Origin: Octopus bimaculoides
Taxonomy: Eukaryota
Direction of reading: 5' to 3'
Length of the DNA stretch: 37,397 nt
NCBI RefSeq assembly: GCF_001194135.2
Contig: NC_068992.1
Coordinates: 33,943,876 to 33,981,272, forward strand
Shown: one piece after another, positions 11,013 to 22,575 of the stretch
Position numbering within the stretch: position 1 is the first letter of the stretch
How the letters are laid out: the number at the start of each line of letters is the position of its first letter
Position numbers and translations under genes: made by a program
The notes under the pieces: generated by a model
Told to the model about the DNA's origin: nothing
The model's input: only the letters and a program-made list of their open reading frames with translations
The model's database searches: none

Positions 11013-12986
11013 CTTTGAAAAAGAAAGGATGAATCAAAAGAAAATAGAAGAAACTACAAGTTGAAATTTCCCTAAGTGTAGATGTAGAAAGAATAGTAAT
11101 AACAATGCTTAACTAAACAAAGAAACAAATACTGAAAGCAGAAAAGAATGAAAAAGTAATTTTTCCCTGTCTTTCACAGCCAAAAGTAAATTTTTAGCCA
11201 CAGAGTAATAGTATGACTTATTTATGTTTTGTTGTTTCTATTTTGGTAATTCAGTTTGTTGTTAGAAAAAAATGTGTAATGAAAGGAAGAAATGAATTCT
11301 TTAGGAATAGGAATGGGGAAATTGCTTCAAGACTTTCATTCATTTTAGGCTAATTTTATTTTGTTTTTCTTCAAAATATTATTGAAATAAGTGGCAAAAG
11401 AAAGTGATGAAAAATTAATTAGAAAAAGTACTAAGTAATTTGATTTCAAGGGAAGAAAAAGAATGCAAGCTAAGCCTATGATAATTATTTCACTTAGTTT
11501 CTCATAATACAAAAGAATCAAATCAAATACAAAGTAAAATAAAATAAACAAAAAATATCAAAACTATGACACAAAAATGTAATTCGAATTTTATCTGATG
11601 AGAAATATAAATTTTTGTAAACATTCGTAAAGGTGAGATATTAAACTATATTAATATTGTTATACTCAACAATAATGAGACATTTGTACACTTGTAAAAA
11701 AAATCAATTAATATGTAATACTTTTTTTAATGTAAAGCATAGTTACCAGTTAACTATTGTTATATTGCATGTTAAATAAAAGTACGTGGAGAGTGACTAA
11801 CATACTAAGATATTACATTTTTATTTTAATATAACTGAATTCATGTAATGATCAAATAATTTGGTGTAACTTCCATGTAGTAATCCATGGTTACATGAAA
11901 ATTTTGTGAATCAGATAGTACTCATCAAAATAGTTATAATTAAAGTGATGATCCAGAAATTCCTTTTACATTCTTAAGTTCTATGATTTGAATGATCATT
12001 TCTTGCATATCAGACCAGAACATCTAGAGAGAAAATTTCTGAGGTTAAAGTTCCTTGCTATCTAAAACTTTCAGTGGTTTAAAGTTTCCAGTGTCCTTTT
12101 GAGAGATTTGGTGTCAACACAATATTGGAGGAGATGGTGTAGTTTGATTGAAAAAAAACTTTTGATTTCAATGAGAGAGCCACTTTGTAATTACTTAACC
12201 AGCAAGAAATAGATGTGAAATCTTAATTTCATTATACTCTGAAAAATGGCTTATTAGACAAGATAACTTTGTATGTACAAAAAAAGTGGATAATATTGGA
12301 TGGGAATGATTTCATAAAACAGCACAAAATGTTCTAACCTGGAGCTACACAACAACATGAGCATCAAGTCTGCTTTCATATTGTAAGCAAATAGTTTGAC
12401 AAACCTGCTGGCTTCTAAAATCGCAGCTACTTATTAATAAAAGAAATTTGCTTAAAGGGACATCACTGAATAAAGGTGCTCAAACATATATTAAATACAC
12501 ATCTCCGGAACTAATTAAAAAATCTTTTAAAGTTTTATTTCAATATCAGGTTATCAGCATATTTTTCCTTTATTTTAATATGAGGGTCTCAAAATATTTT
12601 GGCTTTTGTTGTGATTAATGAAGAAAATAAATTGAACCTAACATGCCTGTTTAACACATTTTATAGATGTTGTCAGGGGCTACAGAGAATAGTTTTTATT
12701 TCTAAAGTCAACCACAGCTTCTAAACATTATTTTTACTCATTTGTAAAAGTCACCAGAGATTAGAATGCTATTTTAAAGTCTGATAAATGATGAGACATA
12801 GAGAGGAGATTTTTTTTATGACAAGAGAAAGAAAGATGTGGTATGAAGGGAGAGAAAGAGGGAGAAAGCGATTCTGTTAAGGGGAAATGAAACTACAGAG
12901 AGAAAAATACCATAAAACTGCATTCATTGCTGAAGAAACACTTAAGAACTGATGAAGTAGCAGTAAAGAAAACCAGCCTAATGGTA

Positions 12987-13250
12987 ATAACTAGTATGAT
13001 GGTGAACACAAATGTTATGTTCATCATTATGATTGTCAGAACTACTATGATGGTGATGTCTAATATAAAGGTGACAACTACTATGATGGTGATAACTAGA
13101 TGTTGATAACTAATATGATGGTGACAATATGCGTGATGATCATAACCAGTAGCAAGTTAGTTATTAGTGTGTTGACCACAAATAATATAATGGTCATAAC
13201 TCGTATGTTTGTCATGCTTAATACACAGGATAGTGATAACAAGTATGATT
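12987..13250. repeat. Degenerate 18-bp minisatellite, consensus about ATAACTAGTATGATGGTG
   Basis: Units start at 12987, 13038, 13056, 13074, 13092 (14 nt), 13106, 13124, 13196 and 13236. Confidence 0.75.
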
Positions 13251-13772
13251 AAACATCTGTTAAGTTATTAACTCTGCATACAGAAGAAAGGCTGTAAAAT
13301 GAAGTTGTTTTTCTGTCTAGCCATTTATTCTATTATGGCTTAACTATAGATAAGATTTTATGGCTACACTAACAAATTGTATTATCTTTCCAAATGGAAT
13401 CATTTTATGACTGGCTGCCTACTACAGCCTTATCATCTTTTGCCTTAGGCCACTCACAAATATCAATTTAATCACTTATCAATCAATTTTTCTCCATGTT
13501 TATTTACCGTTTTATCATTTCCATTCATTTTCATTACTAGGGATATTGCTACAACACTAACATCTTTTACTATCTTCTTTCCCTCTACTTGCTATCTCTT
13601 TCATCCACTAATATTTATCTTTATTCTCCTTTATTTACAGTTACCCTTTTGTCTTCTGTTTTCACTCCCCTTCCCTTTCTCTTCAACTGTTGACTCTTCT
13701 ATTCTTTCTCTCTTTGCCTTTTCTTTTATATTCATCAATTTCTCTTATACATACTTACAAATGTGTATATGA

Positions 13773-13952
13773 GTGCATGTACGACAGAGTGTATTTGTGA
13801 GAAAAACTGGGTATTCACAGCATGAGCTATAGTGTGCAATAGAGATGACTGCACTTGTTTGGCCATGTATTGTGTATGTATATAGTTGTATCAAGAGGCA
13901 CTGATTTCTAAATTGTAGAGGAAACATGTGGAAGGGTTAGACCAAGGAAGAC
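13773..13952 (+). mobile_element. RTE ORF C-terminal fragment, duplicate of 14974-15153
   Basis: EKLGIHSMSYSVQ*R...GRPRKT motif; about 11 mismatches in 180 bp to the second copy. Confidence 0.8.
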
Positions 13953-14009
13953 ATGTGTGTGTGTGTGTATGATATACATATAGTATTCCATCACTTCCAC
14001 TTGCCTTTT

Positions 14010-14450
14010 GACAGATATTTCCCCCACACCGATATAAATGTAGGGTAACCATGTAAGAAAAGGTTTGGGGCAGTTGCATCATCCTGTGTAACCTGTTATT
14101 AATGGAAATTAATTCTGACAGTAAATCATTGAAGTTAAAATGAGCTTTCATACCATGATGGAGCTGCTTAAACAAGTCAACAAATTGATGTGGACATCCA
14201 AGTTTACCAACATTTGTCCAGAGAGCTGTCCTATTAACAGTGTTGAAGACATTTGTTCAATCAACAAAGATCTGGTAAAGAGTAAGTAATGTTTGATATA
14301 TTTCTCTTGGAGTTGGTGAGCAAGAAAATTTCATGTCCATTGTACCTGATCTAAAACCACACTGACTCTCTGGGATAATAGAGGGGCATATCGAATTTGT
14401 TACCTGCTCAAGTAAAAGTTTTGCAAAACCTTATCAACTACTTCAAGCAG
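14010..14450 (-). mobile_element. RTE-clade reverse transcriptase fragment
   Basis: IIPESQCGFRSG, QLQEK, FNTVNRTALW, KLGCPHQFVDLFKQLHHGM. Confidence 0.8.
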
Positions 14451-14504
14451 GCTTATTCCTCTGTAATTTCCACATATATGAAAAATATGTGTGTGTGTAC
14501 CCCT

Positions 14505-14722
14505 TTCTTGACATCATGTAATGAGTGTAATTGAGCAACCTTGCTTTCTTCCAGTCTTCTATGTACCTGGCCATGGGGAAATATCATTTTACATGGAAAT
14601 AGGTAACTGTTGAGAACAGGAAGAGCGTTCTGCTATGAAAAATCTACCTTGCTGAATTCCATCTGTCCCATGCAAGCATGGAGAAAAGGAGGCTAAGTGA
14701 TAAGGACGATAATTATTATGAT
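14505..14722 (+). mobile_element. Short repeat ending in an RTE-type 3' tail (SINE-like), copy 1
   Basis: GGCCATGGGGAAATAT..CAGGAAGAGC..CCCATGCAAGCATGGAGAAAAG followed by a GAT-rich tail. The tail resembles 21340-21486. Confidence 0.6.
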
Positions 14723-14784
14723 ATGCACTTGTGTGTGTGCGCATGCACATGTGTGCATGCATGCATTCGTGCATGCATGTCTGA

Positions 14785-14945
14785 TGCAACAGTTGTAAAC
14801 AAGCACAATCTTACAAGTGATGCTGTTTGTTTCCAATTTTTCAGGAAAACATATCTGATCATGGGAAATTTCACCTTGCTCAGGAGCAAGTGAGGATTGG
14901 CAACAGAGAGAGCCTCTGGCAATAGAATGTCTGTATCAACAAATT
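14785..14945 (+). mobile_element. Same short repeat, copy 2, 3'-truncated
   Basis: Collinear with 14520-14665 (TTTCCA.., CATGGGAAATT.., GTGAGGATTGGCAACAG.., CAAATT). Confidence 0.55.
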
Positions 14946-14959
14946 TTAACTGACTTGTG

Positions 14960-15550
14960 TGGGTAATGTCAGTGTGCATATATGACAGAGTGTATTTGTG
15001 AGAAAAACTGGGTATTCATAGCATGAGCTATAGTGTGCAATAGAGAAGACTGCACTTGTTTGTCCATGTAATGTGTATGTATGTAGTTGTATCAAGAGGC
15101 ACTGATTTCTAAATTGTAGAGGAAACATGTGGAAAGGGTAGACCTGGGAAGACGTGGGAAAATGTGGTGAGAAAGGATTTACAGAAGATGGAACTCACAG
15201 AGGGGATAACAGGGGATTGAAACTCCTGGCAGTTTGCTGTGCTTAAGAAATCACACCAAGCTAAGTAAAAACATGGTTGTCCTTATCTACAGGTTGTCCC
15301 CTGCATCTCTCTCCAGTTAAGCATTCCTAACCTTGCACGCTTGTGGGTGCTGGTGCCACATAAAAAGCACATATACTGGTGCTGTTTAAAAGCACTCAGT
15401 ACATTCAGTAAAGTGGTTGGCATTAGGAAGGACATCCAGCTGTAGAAACCATCATACCAAAACAGACACAGAGCCTGGGTAGCTCTTCAGCTGGCCAGCT
15501 CCTGTTAAACAGACACTATATGATGATGTTGATGACGATGACAACAATGA
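14960..15550 (+). mobile_element. RTE 3' fragment: ORF end, 3' UTR and GAT tail
   Basis: GRPGKTWENVVRKDL, GGTGCCACATAAAAAGCAC, GTGGTTGGCATTAGGAAGGACATCCAGCTGTAGAAA and ATGATGATGTTGATGAC; homologous to 20480-21486. Confidence 0.8.
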
Positions 15551-16528
15551 CAACATCTGTATAAAACACATGACTCTGGTGATATGCAGTGAAACAACCA
15601 AAAACAAAGTGGTAGCAAAAGCAAATGTCTTAACTGCACATTCTGCTGTATGTTACATAAATTTGATTGCTGTAATGAGTATAAAATTTAATAATTCATG
15701 CTTTTGCGCTCTCTTCAACTGAGTTTAGAAAATGAGGAAGATTTGTGCCTGGACAACAATACTAGAAATGAATGGCAAATCAATTCCTCTACTGTTTCTT
15801 ATGTAACAACTCCATTTTCTGCTCTTTGTTCAAAGACAAGAGCCTAAATTGTCTGACTTTCTTTACATTACTGTCACTGAGTACATTCAACTTATTGTAA
15901 ACTCACCTTTTGAAACAGGTGATATCCCTAACTTGCAAATATTCAAATATTTGAATATAAAAAAGAAATATCAATTTCAACCTTATATGGCCAAACTCTA
16001 GCTAAACAAAATTATTAAATATAGTTTTATTATCTTATTATTCAGATATTATTTTATTGAATCTACAAGTGTAAAAGAAAGTAATATTGACCAGCTTCCA
16101 CTGATACAACAGTAAAATCAAATGATACCAACTATATGGCTCAAATGAAAAACATGTTTCAGTTAACCAAGCAGATCAAACAGCTTGGGATAAAGTCCCT
16201 TACTGGTTCATTCGAAAACTAAGTTATTCCTATTCTAAAAGGAGAATAATAGGGAGTTGTGAAGTTCATATTTTAACCATAATGATAAGTGATGCAAAGA
16301 GATTTCTTTTACAAGTTAGAACAAAGTTCTAAAATCCCCAAAATATTACAATTCCTTCCCCTAAAATTAAAGTAAGAAACCTGCAATGAATAAGAACCAA
16401 GTCTTGTTTAAATCTTACACTACAGTCTTAAAGAACAAGAAGGAACATTGTATAATATAATTCTTTGTACAGCAAAGCTAAATGAAAGATGGAATAGCTT
16501 CTTTGGAATATGATTATATGTCCAAGAC

Positions 16529-16737
16529 AGTGAGCTATCAGAATTGTTAGCACACCAGGCAAAATTCTTAGCAGCATTTCATCTATCTTTGTGTTCTGAA
16601 TTCAAATTCTACCAAGGTCAACTTTGCCTTTCATTCTTTCAGGGTCAATGAGATATGTACGAGTTGAGCACAGGGATCAATGTAATCAACTTACCCTCTA
16701 CTCCCAAATTGCTGGTCTTGTGCCAAAATTTGAAATC
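16529..16737 (+). mobile_element. tRNA-related SINE, family C (Nin/Deu-domain-like)
   Basis: GCCTTTCATTCTTTCAGGGTCAATGAGATATGTAC resembles the Nin-domain core; ends TGTGCCAAAATTTGAAA. Homologous to 24842-25062. Confidence 0.75.
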
Positions 16738-17469
16738 TATAAGACAATATGTCTGCTCAGTCAAGGTTCATTTGAGGTTAAACAACAACAATGAAAATAA
16801 GGTTTTCTTCTGTATTCATGCAAGATATATTAAACAACATTTTGTTCTTATTGAGTAGCTTTGATTAATTATTAAGCAGACCTATGCAAACAAATTAGAT
16901 TATGACCTAAAATCTAAAGTATGAAATATATGATCCTGATATTTAAAAAAAAAATATATATACCCCAAATTCCAAAGAATATCCTTCTTCCTCATGTTGT
17001 ATTTATTGCCTAACCACCTAACTCTGACCCCTCTCTCTCTGCCTCTCTCTCTCTCTTCGATTTACCACTTGATTCGCCAACACTCCCCCCTCTCCCACCA
17101 TCCCCACCCTATATAAACCAATGCATGCTCTGTTTCCCCTACTCGACTTTCAATTCCTCTGCTGATAGAATACGAATTTCAGAAGATGCTCAGATAAGAA
17201 ATTTTGTCTTTTCAACCTCGTTCATGTATTCCTGTTTCTGCGTAGATCATAAACCACTCCATTCATTCTTTATTATATATCTATTTCTTTACCATGTAAA
17301 CATAGTTCCCACAGCTTCATCTTTCTTGTTTGTCTTAAGTTCATGCATATTCGTTAATCGTCACATTTTATTTATTTTATTCAAGTTTATCATCTCTTTA
17401 ATTCATTTTCTCTAAATTTGTCTAAATTAGCTGACCATAGTATATAAGTGCAGAAGATGCTCTCGTCTA

Positions 17470-20400
17470 AACTTGCTGGCTCGCGGTATGCCCGCCCTCC
17501 AACCCCCTCCACCTGTACCGGAAGTTCCTATTCTCTGTCATCCTTGGTTGTCTCCCACGAATACTTCTAAGGACCTAACGCCATCCCTACCCCTACCTAA
17601 GGTTTATCGATTATATAGTGCATAAAAATGGTGTAGTGTCTGCAGATTGTAGGCTATCGTTTGTTTATGAATTCTGCCAAATGCAAGCTTTCTTTTCAGG
17701 TACATGACACTGCTGTCCCTCATCCCAGGGTCTCACAGTCCCACACCTCTCACACCCTCAGAGTTGGCACACTCAACGTCAGCACACTGAAAGGTAGGTC
17801 TGGTGAGATTGTTGAGATGCTTGAACGGAGACGTGTAGATTTGTGCTGCATCCAAGAAGTAAGGTGGAGAGGAGGTTCCACTAGGTTCCTCACAGGCAAA
17901 GAACACAGGTACAAGATTTTCCGGGCTGGGAACACTGACGGGGTTGGGGGTGTGGGTATACTTCTTGCGGAGAAACAGGTTGATAAGGTAATCGAGGTAG
18001 TTAGAGTATGTGATAGAGTACTTAAGATTAGATTAGTGCTTCACCATAGGTGAGCTACTGTTATCTGGCCTATGCCCCTCAACCGCGGCTACCGGATGGG
18101 TAGAAAGACTAATTTTATGACAACCTATTGCAGACTACCTCGTTGACAAATGACAGGGACCTTCTCTTTGTGGCTGATGACTTCAATTGACATGTTGGAC
18201 AACATGCAGGGGGTTTCCGTGGTGTACATGGAGGCTTTGGCTTTGGTTCCCGCAATGAGGCGGGAACCAGACTGCTGGAGTTCTGTGATGCAAATGATCT
18301 TATGGTTTGCAATACCAACTTCAAGAAGCCTGCCCATCACCTAGTCACCTACTGTTCTGGCAGACACAGTAGCCAAATTGACTACATCCTCACCAGAAAA
18401 AGGGAAAGAGGGCTGCTTATAAATGCCAAAACCTTCCCAGGCAAAGAACGTGCCCCTCAACATAGATTAGTAGTTAGCAACTTCAGGATTAGGGCTAAAT
18501 GGATGCCCAGAAGACCAGCTTGGAGGAGAAGGGTGTGGAAGATTAAAGATCCTGCAAATGGACAGAGATTTAGAGACGTATTACTCGAAGCCTTTGACAA
18601 AATAGGAAGGGGATAGAGCATCACATGATGTGGAAGACAACTGGAGGTTTCTACAGGACAGCCTGCTGAGAGCCACTGACCAGATCCGTGGATGGTGCAA
18701 AGTCCCCTCTCGACCCAAGATAATGTGGTGGTGGAACAATATTGTTGACAGGGCTATTAGACAAAAGAAATGTGATTGGAAGGACTGGAAAAATGGAGGT
18801 AGCAGGGAATTGTATCAAACTGCCAGAAGGGAAGCTAGGAGACCGGTTTATTTAGCCAGAGGGGAAGCAGATAAGAAAAAATTTGCCAATGTTCTGCACC
18901 ATAAGGACCAAAGACTTGAAGTATTTCATGTTGCAAGACGGTGTGTGAGAGAGAATCGTGATGTCATAGGAGAGATATGTGTCTGCATGGATGATGGTTC
19001 AGTTGCATTAAATGAGACTGCAAAGAGAGAGGTTTGGAGATGCCACTATGAAAGGTTGCTGAATAAAGAGAATGAATGGGAGAAAGAGAGTCTGCCGAAT
19101 GTCAACCCAACAGAGGGACAGGCTATCCAAATCGACATTACCTTGGTAGATAAAGCAATTAAGAGTATGAAGACAGGGAAAGCCCCCGGCCCATCAGGAA
19201 TCACTGCAGAGATGCTCAAAATATCTGGCAGTATCGGCTATAGCCTAGTCACCCATATAGTTAACCAGGTGATACATGAAGGAGCCATACCCAATGACTA
19301 GTGTAGCAGCACCCTAGTCAACTGCTACAAAGGTAAAGATGACACTTTAGATACAGATAATCACAGAGGTATCAAATTGTTGGATCAGGTAATGAAGGTC
19401 ACGGAGAGGGTCATAGCCCAACTAATTAGGGAGAGAGTCACTTTAGATGAGATGCAGTTTGGGTTCGTGCCAGGGAAAAGCACCACTTATGCTATATTTC
19501 TGGTAAGACAGCCGCAAGAGAAATACCTAGCCAAAAATAAATCTCTGTACCTAGCTTTTGTTGACATGAGAAAGCGTTTGACAGGGTCCCCTGATCTCTC
19601 ATCTGGTGGTCAATGAGGAAACTAGGGATAGAAGAATGGTTAATTAGAGCTGTGCAAGCCATGTACAGAGACGCTGTCAGTAAGGTGAGGGTTGGCAATG
19701 AGTACAGTGAAGAATTCTGGGTGGGGGCAGGGGTCCACCAAGGTTCTGTCCTCAGCCCCCTCCTATTTATCATAGTTCTCCAGGCTATAACAGAGGAATT
19801 CAAGACAGGATGCCCCTGGGAGCTCCTCTATGCTGATGACCTTGCACTAATTGCTGAGTCACTATCAGAACTACAGAAGTTTCAGATGTGGAAGCAAGGA
19901 CTAGAATCAAAGGGCCTTTAGAGTCAACCTAGCTAAAACCAAAGTCCTAATAAGTAGGAAGGTAGACAAAACACAAACCCCTTCAGGTAGATAGCCCTGC
20001 TCGATCTGTAGAAAAGGCGTAGGTAGAAACTCTATAAGATGCACCCAGTGCAAGCTATGGACACATAAGAAGTGCAGCAATGTCAAAGGAAGGTTAACTC
20101 GGAAGTTAGTTTTCGTTTGTAGCAGATGTTCAGGAGCTGTAAACACTGTGAATGTGCAGAAAACAACTTGTGCCATATTCCAGGAAGAAAAACTAGAAGT
20201 AGTTGATAGCTTCCGCTACCTAGGTGACCAAGTTAGTAGCGGGGTAAGGTGCGCTGAAAGTGTAGCTGCTAGAATAAGAATAACCTGGGCAAAGTTCAGA
20301 GAGCTCTTACCTCTGCTGGTGACAAAGGGCCTCTCACTCAGAGTAAAAGGCAGACTGTATGACACATGTGTACGAACAGCCATGCTACATGGCAGTGAAA

Positions 20401-21486
20401 CATGGGCCATGACTGCTGAGGACATGTGTAAACTCACAAGGAATGAAGCCAGTATACTCTGATGGATGTGTAATGTCAGTGTGTATACTCAAGAGAGTGT
20501 AAGTACCTTGAGAGAAAAGTTGGACCTAAGAAGCATCAGTTGTGATGTGCAAGAGAGACAATTGTGCTGGTATGATCATGTGGTGAGAATGGATGAGGAT
20601 AGCTGTGTGAAAAAGTGCCACACTCTAATGGTTGAGGGAACCCGTGGAAGAGGTAGACCCAGGAAGACATGGGATGAGGTGGTGAAGCACGACCTTCGAA
20701 CATTAGGCCTCACCGAGGCAATGACTAGTGACCGAGACCTTTGGAAATATGCTGTGCGTGAGAAGACTCAGCAAGACAAGGGAGACCATAACCCGTGGCC
20801 TTTATCAGGGGTGTAGTCAGCTCACTTATGCACACCTTTCCCTCTTTAGACACTAAACTCTGCTTGTGAAGAACTGTTGAGGCAAGTGAAATTGAAATTG
20901 AATTCGAAATTGAACCAAATTCGACGACTGGCACCCATGCCAACTTCTCCTTTATCGGACACTAAACTCTGCTTGTGGAGACCTGTTGAGGCAAGGGAAA
21001 TTGAAATTGAACCAAATTCGATGATTGGAACCTGTGCCAGTGGAACGCTAACAGCACCATCCGAGTGGGATCATTGCCAGAGCAGCCATCTGGTTTCCGT
21101 GCTGGTGGCACATAAAAAGCACCACTTGAGCGTGATTGTTACCAGTGTTGCCTTACTGGTACTTGTACCGGTGGCACATGAACAAAACATTCAAGTGAGG
21201 TCATTGCCAGTGCCGCTGGACTAACTCCTGTGCAGGTGGCACGTAAAAAAACCCCATTTGAATGTGGGCGTTGCCAGTATTGTCTGACTGGCCCTCGTGC
21301 GGTGACACATAAAAGCACCCACTACACTCTCGGAGTGGTTGGCATTAGGAAGGGCATCCAGCTGTAGAAACTCTGCTAGATCAGATTGGAGCTTGGTGCA
21401 GCCATCTGGTTCGCCAGTCCTCAGTCAAATCGTCCAACTCTTGCTAGCATGGAAAGCGGACATAAAACGATGATGATGATGATGAT
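17470..21486 (+). mobile_element. Near full-length, inactivated RTE-clade LINE
   Basis: Single APE+RT frame broken by stops and frameshifts, a long repetitive 3' UTR and a (GAT)6 tail at 21469-21486. The 5' end is uncertain. Confidence 0.92.
17700..20790 (+). pseudogene. RTE ORF: APE, RT with an inserted PHD finger, and thumb
   Basis: VGTLNV, CIQEVRW, GVGILL, NTNFKK, SQIDYIL, KAPGPSGI, QFGFVPG, GVHQGSVLSPLLF, LLYADDL (about 19823-19843), C4HC3 at 19998-20129, FRYLGD, LHGSETW, GRPRKTW. Confidence 0.92.
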
Positions 21487-21488
21487 TT

Positions 21489-21749
21489 TTGCAGCATGAA
21501 AGGTGTTTATAAGCCATTTAAAAACACACAAAAACCGTTAGATTCACTTCAACATTTAAATTTAATTTGCCAAAATATTTTCGTTGCTGCATCTATGTTA
21601 TGCAGCATGTTATGCAGCATGAAATTTTGTCAGTGAATCTAACAGTTTTGTGTGTTTTTAAATAGCTTATAAATACCTTCCATGCCGCAATTGTTTCACT
21701 TCCAGCACATGATCTCAGATCAGGTCACTTGCTATGCAAGTACATCTCC
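21489..21749. repeat. Palindromic (foldback/MITE-like) element, left end missing
   Basis: Arm 21489-21548 is the reverse complement of arm 21632-21690 (about 5 mismatches, 1 indel). Central hairpin GCTGCAT/ATGCAGC. Confidence 0.8.
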
Positions 21750-22204
21750 ATAATATATATTTTTCTTTTAAAGAATAATTTTAAGATGAGATTGAACATA
21801 ATCATGATTACTGCTTGATGACTAATAAATATCTGTTACTGGGGTTATGTACAGATCTATACTGTATCACTTCCACACTTTGAACAATAAGGTTCTAGTG
21901 CTGGTTTGGCATATCACATTTACATTCAGCAAGTTATTTATGTTGTCTAGCACAAAACTAACTCTGATTGAGTAGAATAAGATCAAAAGCATCGTCGTTG
22001 TAACAACTCTGACGTTTTAAAGGCATCTAGGACTACATTATCTAATGCCCTCTTTTCATTTCCAAGATGGTGGCACTATAATGTGAAGGAGGTTTGGGTG
22101 CTATTTATAACTGGATAACTGACTATGTAGAGGCTGGCTTTGTTAGGATAAGTGGTAATGCAACATTTCCATTGACATTTAAAACATAAGAAAGGTTTAT
22201 AAAT

Positions 22205-22575
22205 GGGTATGTTGACTTCCAACAAAGTTTGCATCTCATCCACATGGTTTTGGGTTCATTCTACTCCATAGCACCTTTGACAAGTGTCTTCTACCATAGC
22301 CCCAGGAAGAATAACGCCTTGTGAGTGGATTTGGTAGGTAGAAACTAAAACAAGCCAATCATATATATACACACATATATACATATATATATATACACAC
22401 ATATATACATATATATATATACATATTTGTGTATGTTGTGTGTGTTTTTCTATTTCTTTGGCAAAAGAACATGATAGAATAAGTATCAGGTTTTAAAAGG
22501 TAAAGTAAGTAGTTTTTAATTCCATCGACTAAAATTCTTCAAGGTTGTTCCCCAACATGTCTGCCATCTAATGAC
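22205..22575 (+). mobile_element. SINE family A, old copy
   Basis: CACATGGTTTTGGGTTCATT, GACAAGTGTCTTCTACCATAGCC, GTGAGTGGATTTGGTAG, internal TA/CA repeat, GATAGAATAAGTA. Confidence 0.8.

Noticed and set aside
14845-14889. Ordinary host exon ENISDHGKFHLAQEQ
   Set aside because: It lies within a dispersed repeat homologous to 14505-14722; kept only as an exonisation candidate.
15908-16002. Minus-strand exon ending at a GTGAGT donor
   Set aside because: The acceptor and frame are ambiguous and there is no recognisable peptide.
17621-17700. Intron in the RTE 5' region (GTTTAT...TTTTCAG)
   Set aside because: The donor is weak, the phase does not fit the upstream frame, and it is more simply part of the element's coding leader.
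21072-21319. CRISPR-like array (also 35861-35962)
   Set aside because: The units are homologous along their whole length or have no spacers, there are no cas genes, and both lie within retrotransposons.
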